Part shown: positions 7,908 through 15,454 of the stretch, piece by piece | Layout of the letters: every line of letters starts with the position of its first letter | How positions within the stretch are numbered: position 1 is the stretch's first letter | IMG/VR virus record: IMGVR_UViG_3300047567_000058 | Location: 1-16,404 of that record | Reading direction: 5' to 3' (one strand) | Source: a virus | Lineage: Duplodnaviria > Heunggongvirae > Uroviricota > Caudoviricetes | Length of the DNA: 16,404 nt | Program-made: the position numbers and the translations under genes | The notes under the pieces: model-generated | The model's input: the letters and a program-made list of their open reading frames with translations, nothing else | The model's database searches: none | What the model was told of the DNA's origin: nothing

Positions 7908-9101
7908 TCACGACTCCAACGGGCTCTTCCAGAACGAATCGTAATCTATCAGGCCGTCCGTGTTGTTTCCGGTGACGCTCTTGATCACGGATGACGCCAT
8001 CGTCGATCTGCCGAACGAAAGCTCGAAATGCGCAGGGATCGCGTCGCTGTTAGACGATTTGACGTCCGACGCGTTCTTTTTTGGAACCCTGAACACGATA
8101 GGATCTCGTTTGGCTGAGTTGATGACTGCCATCAATCCGCTGTTTTGCGAGAGGGCTTTCTCAGACAGAAGCGGGCTTGTCGATCCGGCGATGTATTCGC
8201 CGCTTCCGCTGTCGTCTTCCGATGCGGCGCTCGACGAGTCGTCCCAGCAATCGGCGACTCTCAGGGAAACTTTGTTGAAGTCTTCGAGTATGCGCGGGCT
8301 GAGATCCTCTTTGACGGTGTAAGCCATCTGGACGGTTATGTTCTGAGGCGAGCCGTCCCCTCTTGAATACGACAGCGCCGAATAAGGGATCGACGTCGGG
8401 TAGCATCCGGTGTATTTGCACCAGTATTTCAACGTCTTTCCATCCGGATTCAGAACGAAATAGTATATCGATGACATGTAATCAAGCTGGCAGTTGCGCA
8501 CCATATCGGGGTTGGCGTCGAAGGTGCCGTTTGATATGTATGATATGTAATTTACCCATAGCGTCATTATCTTTATCATATCGAGATTGAGGGTGTCGGG
8601 CAGCATGCCGATGGCGATGTTCCCAGCGGCTTCCGATTGGGTTTTGGTTCCAGGCATCGGGATTCGGTATCCTTCTTTTGTGTTGAACGCGTCTTCGGTG
8701 TCGAGAGAGACATCCTGGGAATCGAACGTTATCGTGCGGTTGGTGAAGATCGGAAGGAACAGGGACTGAACGTCGGTGTATTCTTTGTATGAGAGCATCT
8801 TGGCGATGTATCCGTCCTCATCGTTTCCGCCTGATTCTTTTACCAGGAACTGCGCGAATTTAGGATCCTTCGTCATGTTTCCGTATGCGAGATAGTCTTT
8901 CCTGGAATCGGCGGCCGACGGCTTCGTTGGCAGAATGAACAGCATCGGCTTGGTCACGAATATGAACGCGCTTCCGCCTGGATGGTCATCGACGTATCGG
9001 TTGTCGAAATAGCCATTGAATCTGGACAGCTCTCTGAAGCCCGATGGATCCGAATTGGTGTTTACGAATAGGTCTGAGGTACTAATATTGTCGGAAGCCA
9101 T
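7908..9101 (-). CDS. Tail-tube-fold protein (T4 gp19/gp54/gp48-like; tube or baseplate tube initiator), 397 aa
   Basis: DYMSSIYYFVLNPDGKTLKYWCKYTGCYPTSIPYSALSYSRGDGSPQNITVQMAY parallels the gp19 C-terminal pattern (DGKT...Y.I.G..PT.V..L.......F.V...Y). Adjacent to the gp6-like gene. GAGG SD upstream. Confidence 0.7.
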   Translation of the reverse strand: MASDNISTSDLFVNTNSDPSGFRELSRFNGYFDNRYVDDHPGGSAFIFVTKPMLFILPTKPSAADSRKDYLAYGNMTKDPKFAQFLVKESGGNDEDGYIAKMLSYKEYTDVQSLFLPIFTNRTITFDSQDVSLDTEDAFNTKEGYRIPMPGTKTQSEAAGNIAIGMLPDTLNLDMIKIMTLWVNYISYISNGTFDANPDMVRNCQLDYMSSIYYFVLNPDGKTLKYWCKYTGCYPTSIPYSALSYSRGDGSPQNITVQMAYTVKEDLSPRILEDFNKVSLRVADCWDDSSSAASEDDSGSGEYIAGSTSPLLSEKALSQNSGLMAVINSAKRDPIVFRVPKKNASDVKSSNSDAIPAHFELSFGRSTMASSVIKSVTGNNTDGLIDYDSFWKSPLES

Positions 9102-9124
9102 CGATCATGCCTCTTGAATTTTGC

Positions 9125-9139
9125 ATAATCAATTGTTCG
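9125..9139 (-). promoter_or_regulatory. Late-promoter-like motif CGAACAATTGATTAT
   Basis: Fits AACA-N6-TA. Lies downstream of the 9166-9198 terminator; predicted +1 at 9126, 25 nt before ATG 9101. Confidence 0.7.
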
Positions 9140-9165
9140 AGGGCCTTTTCCGCATACGAGTTGGC

Positions 9166-9198
9166 AAAAAAAAAGAAACCGGATCGGCGGTTTCTTTT
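9166..9198 (-). terminator. Intrinsic terminator ending the small-gene cassette
   Basis: Minus strand AAAAGAAACCG-ccgatc-CGGTTTCTTTT followed by further Ts; overlaps the TAA at 9197. Confidence 0.85.
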
Positions 9199-9874
9199 AG
9201 ATAGACGCTTGGACGATGGCGGAGTCGATGAACGCTTTTATCTTGACGTCGTCGCAATCGAATCTGGATGGATCGAATCCGTCTCCTGAGGCGTTTTTGA
9301 TGATGAGATCTGATGCCTTTTTGATGGCGTTCATCAGAGCGCCTTTTTCAGGCTTTTTGCTGCGGAACGTGATGTCCAGATCCTTGTCTTTGTTGACGTC
9401 TCCGATATATATGATGCTGTTTTCGATATCCTGATATTTGTCGCTTGGCGGAAGCAAGATTATCCCAGGATTGCTTGAATCTGCGCATACGACGAACTCG
9501 ACTCTGGCGTAGTATTCTTCGTTATAGTAGCTAACGCGGATGACCACGGATATGTTGTTTCTCAGCATGCCGTTTACGCAGCATCCGAGATCATCGAGGT
9601 AAACGGGTTTGCTTTCCCATAGCTGATGCATCTCTCTTGCCGAGAAATACTGAAAGAAGGCATGCCCTCGGAAGCCGGATCTCGTGAACCCGATTATCTT
9701 GTTGGTGCTTGCCTCGACGTACATCTTTCCAGACACCCCGTATTTGCGCAGATCGACGTTTTTGTTTTTCGTTTCGCCTCTGCGGGCATCCATGGACGCG
9801 ATGAGCTGATACGTCTTTCCGCTGATGTCGCTTGAGCCTTCGGTCCCGTCGCTTTTGATATCTTTCGAAGTCAT
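9197..9874 (-). CDS. Hypothetical protein, 225 aa
   Basis: ORF whose start overlaps the upstream stop (ATGA, 9871-9874), consistent with translational coupling. Confidence 0.8.
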   Translation of the reverse strand: MTSKDIKSDGTEGSSDISGKTYQLIASMDARRGETKNKNVDLRKYGVSGKMYVEASTNKIIGFTRSGFRGHAFFQYFSAREMHQLWESKPVYLDDLGCCVNGMLRNNISVVIRVSYYNEEYYARVEFVVCADSSNPGIILLPPSDKYQDIENSIIYIGDVNKDKDLDITFRSKKPEKGALMNAIKKASDLIIKNASGDGFDPSRFDCDDVKIKAFIDSAIVQASI

Positions 9875-10125
9875 AGCGATCTATCGGAGATCTTGACGAC
9901 TCCGACCCCAGGGACGATCGCGCAGCAACTAGCCCGTCTGATCTGCTTGACGGAATTGGCAACTTTTGCGAAATTGGCGTCTTCTACCGATAGCTCGATC
10001 TTGCCATCAGACGGCTCCGTGATTTTGCTGACGAGATCGTTTGGGATGTTCTTCTTGATCTCGGGCTTGGCCTGGTCGTCGTCAGGAAGAAACGTGATGA
10101 TGATTGACTTTAGCGTCGTATTCAT
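9871..10125 (-). CDS. Hypothetical protein, 84 aa
   Basis: Start moved to ATG 10125 (MNTTLK) because AAGGAGG lies 7 nt upstream. Confidence 0.8.
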   Translation of the reverse strand: MNTTLKSIIITFLPDDDQAKPEIKKNIPNDLVSKITEPSDGKIELSVEDANFAKVANSVKQIRRASCCAIVPGVGVVKISDRSL

Positions 10126-10147
10126 ATACATGCCTCCTTGGTGCATT

Positions 10148-10921
10148 TTAGACCATTGCGTCTAATTTGATGCTGCTTGCGCATTCAGGCATAGCGTCGC
10201 AGAGCGCGCTGACTATTCTATGCTTGGAGATGTTGATCAGCTTCGCTTTGACGAGCTTATGCCATTTCTGATTATCCGGCGTGTTAGCTCTGGATCGTTG
10301 GCTGCCTCTGTATTCGCAGTCGTCATAGACGAAGATGTTGAACTCGTAAAGTATGGTCGATCCGCTTTCGGATATCGCCGTGTCGCATTCGCTCATATAG
10401 CCATCGGGGCGCTCGCCGTTCGGGTCGTAAAATATTTTTATTTTCGACGCCAGGCTTCCGCCTAGTGCGAATTTGCAGGATATCAAGGTATCCGTATAAT
10501 TTATGATCATTCCATAATGGCTGTTGTTTTTGATGATCGCGCCATAGTATTTTTCAACGCGATAGGATTCGTATAATTTCGATTTGTTGATTGAGACTTC
10601 CGAGATGCTGATTTTGGCAGGCATATCGGCGGCGGCCTTTATTCCGGCCGTCTTGGATAGCTCTCGCCCGTTCCAGCCCATCTTCGATCTGCTGAGGATA
10701 AGCAGCACCGGCTTCGTCTGGGTGGCTTTAAGCGGATTCTTCAGAAGGTAGGCGATCTCGCAGCGCCGCTTATACATTATCACGCTAGCCGGGAAGTAGT
10801 CTTCTTGAATGTTGGCGTTTGATATGATTCGGCTCGACAGGTCTTCCAAAGACGTCCTTCTTTGATTGAAGGACGTGTTCGCTATGGAGTTTTCCTGGCT
10901 GACTGTTAAATCATCCGACAT
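10148..10921 (-). CDS. Hypothetical protein, 257 aa
   Basis: Tightly packed ORF within the operon, 6 nt after the DUF4314 stop, with AAAGGAAG upstream. Confidence 0.8.
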   Translation of the reverse strand: MSDDLTVSQENSIANTSFNQRRTSLEDLSSRIISNANIQEDYFPASVIMYKRRCEIAYLLKNPLKATQTKPVLLILSRSKMGWNGRELSKTAGIKAAADMPAKISISEVSINKSKLYESYRVEKYYGAIIKNNSHYGMIINYTDTLISCKFALGGSLASKIKIFYDPNGERPDGYMSECDTAISESGSTILYEFNIFVYDDCEYRGSQRSRANTPDNQKWHKLVKAKLINISKHRIVSALCDAMPECASSIKLDAMV

Positions 10922-10927
10922 GGCGGC

Positions 10928-11152
10928 TCACTTCCTTTCGATTTCGAGGTGGAACGTGTCGATCTCTGGGAGGATTCCCAAGGACGACCCGTTGTCCCAA
11001 GCCACGAAGATGGTGCCTTCGTCGTCGACGTACTTGACCGTCCCGGCGGTTCCGTATGGAACCCTGTTTTGGTCGTGCATCGTCTCAATGACGACTCGGG
11101 TGCCGTGCTTGTATAGAGACCTGATGTCTGATATCTGTTTTGCGCTTAGCAT
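10928..11152 (-). CDS. DUF4314 domain protein, 74 aa
   Basis: YKHGTRVVIETMHD...VPYGTAGTVKYVDDEGTIFVAWDNGSSLGILPEIDTF matches the DUF4314 pattern GtRV.L..M.D....GT.GTV..VDD.G.I.V.WDNGssL. Confidence 0.85.
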   Translation of the reverse strand: MLSAKQISDIRSLYKHGTRVVIETMHDQNRVPYGTAGTVKYVDDEGTIFVAWDNGSSLGILPEIDTFHLEIERK

Positions 11153-11154
11153 AA

Positions 11155-11859
11155 CTAATTGTCCTTAAAGATCTTCGACGCGTCGTAAAGCGCGTCCGTC
11201 GGGATCTCATCCCAGAGAAGATCCATCGTGGCTTTCGGCCCGATGCTGTTGACGTAGACGCTCTTTCTGTCCGCGTCGGTGGTCTCTCCAGGGCACGCCA
11301 TAACCGCGGCGTTGTCGTCCGTGGTTTCGTCTCTCGAGATGATCGCTTTCTTCTTGGCCGAATTGAAATCTCCTTCGAATAGCCTGATCATCTTGATTGA
11401 TTTTCCGTAGATGTCCTTGATTCTATTCTGATCGACGAGCGCCGAAAGGAAATATCCTCTCGGGGCTTTGCCGTCTTTGCAGAATCTCTCAGGCACGTCA
11501 TTGTCTTCTTTTGAAAGATCGTATGACACGATGAGATCTCCTTTGTCGGTGATCATGAAATAGAACATCGGGCATCCGTCGTATACGGTATCGAGGAACG
11601 CGCAGCAAACCTTAGATGCGCCAAACATATCCGTTTTGACGCTTGAGGCGGTCTTGCATTCTGTGGCGAACTTGATGATCGAGTCGTATCTTTCCTTCTT
11701 CGGATCTACCACGGCTTTCTCAATTTGCTTGAGAACCTCCATCGGCATCTTGGTCGGAGAGTCAGGCATCGCGGCTAGCGTGGCCTCGGCTTCTTTGAAC
11801 TCCTTGAGCTGCTTCTTGGACGGAGCTTTGTCTGTGGATTTTCTAGAAAATTTAGACAT
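11155..11859 (-). CDS. Hypothetical protein, 234 aa; first gene of the small-gene cassette
   Basis: ORF with purine-rich upstream sequence (AAAGAAGG) and a TAG stop 2 nt before the next ATG. Confidence 0.8.
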   Translation of the reverse strand: MSKFSRKSTDKAPSKKQLKEFKEAEATLAAMPDSPTKMPMEVLKQIEKAVVDPKKERYDSIIKFATECKTASSVKTDMFGASKVCCAFLDTVYDGCPMFYFMITDKGDLIVSYDLSKEDNDVPERFCKDGKAPRGYFLSALVDQNRIKDIYGKSIKMIRLFEGDFNSAKKKAIISRDETTDDNAAVMACPGETTDADRKSVYVNSIGPKATMDLLWDEIPTDALYDASKIFKDN

Positions 11860-11883
11860 AATGTTTGTAACCTTCTTTCTTTC

Positions 11884-11897
11884 ATGACTATAATATA
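11884..11897 (-). promoter_or_regulatory. Candidate early-type phage promoter TATATTATAGTCAT
   Basis: Exact TATATTAT (11890-11897) about 30 nt upstream of ATG 11859. Resembles the TATATTAC/TATATTAT early motifs I recall for phiKZ/AR9. Confidence 0.5.
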
Positions 11898-11958
11898 TCC
11901 ATCAAACGGGGTTTGGATGCGTCAGGAAAAAGCCTTCTTCTCGGCATTCTTGGCATGG

Positions 11959-11973
11959 CGAACAATTAATTAT
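11959..11973 (+). promoter_or_regulatory. Late-promoter-like motif CGAACAATTAATTAT
   Basis: Fits AACA-N6-TA. Predicted +1 at 11972, 31 nt before ATG 12003. Confidence 0.7.
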
Positions 11974-12002
11974 CCATACTTCACAGATATTGAGGCACGC
12001 TA

Positions 12003-15000
12003 ATGGCAGACAAAAACATAGACGAAAGCGGAATCTTCAGCTCACTATTCAAAAGCAAAGAGACGTATCAGGACAAGATGAACAAGAAGCTTGGGTCTTA
12101 TGCCCCTGTTCCTAGCGATTCTTATTCAGGCAGCGGAAAGGGATTCGATCCCGATCTTGCTTCGCGCGACGAAGGAGAGGCCAGAAAGAGGCTTATCAGC
12201 GCATTGGGGATGGCGATGGGAGCCGGCTCCGTCAAGAGCATGGCCAACAGGGCGCTGAAGACTTTCCCGATCATCGTGTCGGACGATACTTCGGCTGACA
12301 CTGCCGTCATGATTAAGCGCGCTCTCGAAGAGCAATACGCCGAATACATCAACCTCATCGTGTCCAATCAAGTCGTTGATATTTCAGATTTGAAGCCAAC
12401 CTCGGTCGGAGGCAACATGGCCATGCAGGCGCTTGATCGCCTGACCGGGCCTGAATTCGGGACGAAGCGCATCGCGGCAAAGGCCGCGACCGGCGACCTT
12501 TCAACCGATGACGTCATGAGCAACAGCGCGGCGTATGCCCTTCTTAGAAAAGAATCGGCGATGCCGACTACCGGAGACGAATACGCGGATTCCCTTCTCG
12601 AGGGGGCGATCATAACGTCCAACGCCGATGAGGAAAGCGTCGCGGAAAAATTAATTTTATCCGAAGCCCTTTCCAAAGACGACAAGGATTCTCTCGTCGC
12701 TGAGGCTAAGCGCCTCGATGGCAACGCATTCGACGTCATCAAATATTATCGCAAAAACTCCAAAGTCGTCAAGATGATCGGAAGCATGAGCGACAGTGAG
12801 CGCAAGTCGGCTGTTCGCGCTCTTGACGCGGAGACAGACGGAGCCATCGACAAAGCGGATGACATCTTTAAGTCGGCTCGCGAGATGACTTATGGCGATG
12901 CGTATTCCGATCATGATATCTCCAGCGCGGTGTCGAAGCTGATCAGCGACGCCGGGATGATGCAGAATACTCTCACGTCTATCAAAGCCATCGTTTCTAC
13001 CACCATGAGCGAAGCGTCTTATCCGGCGGTCATTCCGTCAGAGAGATCAGGCGGATCGGTTCCTCCTTCTGGAGGAGCGTCGTTCAAGGCGTCGGCTGCG
13101 GCCGCGTCCGATCCTGAGGCTGCTTTGACAGCGTTATTCAATGGGCTTGAAGGATTGGCAGATGGCGTGTCTGATGATATCAACACGCTTAGAACAGTCA
13201 TTGCCAGAGCCGAAGTGTCTTCAGAAGAAGCCGATGACGAGTCCGGAGCCAGAGACACCGATTCGGCTATTCCGGATTCCATGAAAGGCGAGAAAGAGGA
13301 TTCTGACGTCCTCGGAAGCCTTGAGAACATGACTAACCTTAAGTTCGATCCTAATAAATTAAAAGTTTCCATGAATGACGACAACACCACGATCGGAAAG
13401 GTCATCGCCAACAACCCGTTCCTCAGAGACAGATACGAGAAAGCGTCTTACCTTCTTGTGTCTAATCGCATTTCAGGAAACGAATTCATCTCCTACTGCG
13501 TTGTCCGTCTTGGCATTCCTATGTCAAGATCCACCAGAGCGCAGCTCGTCATGCAATTCAAGTCGTCTGACATCATTACCGGATCATACGGAACCAAGAC
13601 CGTCACGCATAAGAGCGGAGACGTCGACATGACCGAATTCGGGCTTGTCGATAAAGACACCGCGAACAACATCGCGCGCAACAAGCTCATCTACACGAGA
13701 GCGATGACCGAGACGTTCAGACTCACCACCAAGCAAGCTTGGCAGATCGCCGGCGTCGGAGCTGCCGGAGCCACCGCCAGCGGATTGGCCGGATGGGGAA
13801 TCGGCGCTGCGGCCGGAGCTTCGGCTGCCGCTCTTCCTTGGGCAATCGCGCTTCCCGCCGTCATTGGCGGAGCGGCGTCTGCTGCTGCGATGTACGCCAT
13901 CATTCGCAATAAATGGGATTCCATGCCGCATTCTTCGACCGTTCACGACGATATCGAAGGATGGGAGCGCGTCGAGACTCTCATCAATCAGATGGACAAG
14001 AATCGCAAGCAGCTTTGGGATCTTGACCAAGAATACGCGTACAACACCGGATATCATATGGACAAGAACGGCGTCATCGATTATAAAGGCGGCAAGGATT
14101 CCAACGCGGCTTATCAGAAAGACAAGTATGCGTCTGAAGCCAAAGCGCTCAAAGACGCCCAGGATGATTTCTTCAAGAGCGTCAAAGGCCTTTACAACGT
14201 CACTCCGGCGTATACCCGCCCGGTACGCAATGAGGAATACTCCATGCATGAAGCCACCCTTCCTCATGCCAAAGCTTATAACAAATCGCTTTGCGAGGAT
14301 ATCTCAAAATCTCTGAAAGGATGCCGAGAATACATCGTTGAATCGGCATTGCTTAATGAGCGAGTCCTCAATACGAATATCAGACATAACACCTATACCT
14401 ATAACGTCAATCCTACCGATCAGGACGTTTCGCTCGTCCCTGAATTTGGGTCAAAAGGATTGCTGGCATACGGATCCGTCGAATACGACAAGAAAGATCT
14501 TCGCGATCGCAGATACAACGATCCGTTGGTCATGACCGTCAAATTCAACAGCCGCTTTAACGACGGCCGCACTTCGGATTCCAGCCTCACCGCAGTCATC
14601 GGGATTCTTGGCGTCATAACCAGGGTTCCGTCAGCGGAGATGGAATACGTCCTTAAGATGAACTCCGACAAGAATAAGGCTGTCAAAGGCGTGTTCTCAT
14701 CGGACGATGCCAAGCTTGGCAATCCTATCGCAGACGCGATCTCCGGAGCTTTCAAAGACGCTGATGACAGTGCCAAGAACCTTCCTAATTCCGGAGATCT
14801 CTGGAACAACCTCGAAAAGCTTTCCAATATCGCGGTGGCCAACAAGCTCGCCGGCAAACAGCTTGACAACGTTATCAACGCGCACATCGTCTTCTCGCAT
14901 AAGGAAGTCGAAGCCTGCAAGCAGGAAACCGGAGACGACTATGCCAAAGACGTGAAGCTGGCGATCAAGCTTATGCGCAGATACAGCGCTCTCTCAGTCA

Positions 15001-15161
15001 TGATCGCCGATGACGATCTGTATGGGGATGGAACGCTCATGATTTGCGACGATCCTGATGCCATCAGCTGGGATGTCGTCCCTTATTCGGCGTTCGAGAA
15101 TAGATCAATCGATGACAGAACGACCAAGCAGCTTTCTGCCATTGCTAAATTAGCGAGGTGA
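12003..15161 (+). CDS. Large probable virion (inner head/ejection-type) protein, 1052 aa
   Basis: GAGG SD upstream. The N-terminal FPIIVSDDTSADTAVMIKRALEEQYAEYINLIVS and C-terminal PLVMTVKF...AVIGILGVITRVPSAEM segments resemble, from memory, virion proteins of AR9/PBS1-like jumbo phages. A central Gly/Ala-rich hydrophobic stretch is present. Confidence 0.65.
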   Translation: MADKNIDESGIFSSLFKSKETYQDKMNKKLGSYAPVPSDSYSGSGKGFDPDLASRDEGEARKRLISALGMAMGAGSVKSMANRALKTFPIIVSDDTSADTAVMIKRALEEQYAEYINLIVSNQVVDISDLKPTSVGGNMAMQALDRLTGPEFGTKRIAAKAATGDLSTDDVMSNSAAYALLRKESAMPTTGDEYADSLLEGAIITSNADEESVAEKLILSEALSKDDKDSLVAEAKRLDGNAFDVIKYYRKNSKVVKMIGSMSDSERKSAVRALDAETDGAIDKADDIFKSAREMTYGDAYSDHDISSAVSKLISDAGMMQNTLTSIKAIVSTTMSEASYPAVIPSERSGGSVPPSGGASFKASAAAASDPEAALTALFNGLEGLADGVSDDINTLRTVIARAEVSSEEADDESGARDTDSAIPDSMKGEKEDSDVLGSLENMTNLKFDPNKLKVSMNDDNTTIGKVIANNPFLRDRYEKASYLLVSNRISGNEFISYCVVRLGIPMSRSTRAQLVMQFKSSDIITGSYGTKTVTHKSGDVDMTEFGLVDKDTANNIARNKLIYTRAMTETFRLTTKQAWQIAGVGAAGATASGLAGWGIGAAAGASAAALPWAIALPAVIGGAASAAAMYAIIRNKWDSMPHSSTVHDDIEGWERVETLINQMDKNRKQLWDLDQEYAYNTGYHMDKNGVIDYKGGKDSNAAYQKDKYASEAKALKDAQDDFFKSVKGLYNVTPAYTRPVRNEEYSMHEATLPHAKAYNKSLCEDISKSLKGCREYIVESALLNERVLNTNIRHNTYTYNVNPTDQDVSLVPEFGSKGLLAYGSVEYDKKDLRDRRYNDPLVMTVKFNSRFNDGRTSDSSLTAVIGILGVITRVPSAEMEYVLKMNSDKNKAVKGVFSSDDAKLGNPIADAISGAFKDADDSAKNLPNSGDLWNNLEKLSNIAVANKLAGKQLDNVINAHIVFSHKEVEACKQETGDDYAKDVKLAIKLMRRYSALSVMIADDDLYGDGTLMICDDPDAISWDVVPYSAFENRSIDDRTTKQLSAIAKLAR

Positions 15162-15166
15162 TGATC

Positions 15167-15415
15167 ATGGACAAAGAAGTTAAGAAGCCAGTCGGCGCGC
15201 ATGCCAAGGAAGTTCCCGACAGCAAGAATCCTAAGCTCTCGGATAAAGAGCTTGAGGCTCAGCGCAAAAAGTATCTCAAAGGCGATCCGAATTCGGTTCC
15301 TCTTGAAGGAGCCGAGTCTCTGATGATCAGCAGAGGATACGACCCGAATCTCATCACGTTCGAGGAATTCTGCATCGAAGAGGGAATCAACCCCGACGAT
15401 GTCCTCGGAAAATAA
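15167..15415 (+). CDS. Small acidic hypothetical protein, 82 aa
   Basis: GAGGTG lies 6 nt upstream of ATG 15167 (MDKEVK); alternative starts are 15158 and 15161. TAA stop. Confidence 0.75.
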   Translation: MDKEVKKPVGAHAKEVPDSKNPKLSDKELEAQRKKYLKGDPNSVPLEGAESLMISRGYDPNLITFEEFCIEEGINPDDVLGK

Positions 15416-15454
15416 ATATTTTATCGGCAATCATGAAAGGCGGAGGATGCAAAT

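Noticed and set aside
4948-9101. Bacterial tailocin, eCIS or T6SS locus rather than phage
   Set aside because: No sheath/spike/ATPase operon or bacterial housekeeping genes are present. Orphan-rich cassettes and non-sigma70 promoter motifs fit a phage better, though no capsid or terminase gene is in view to prove it.
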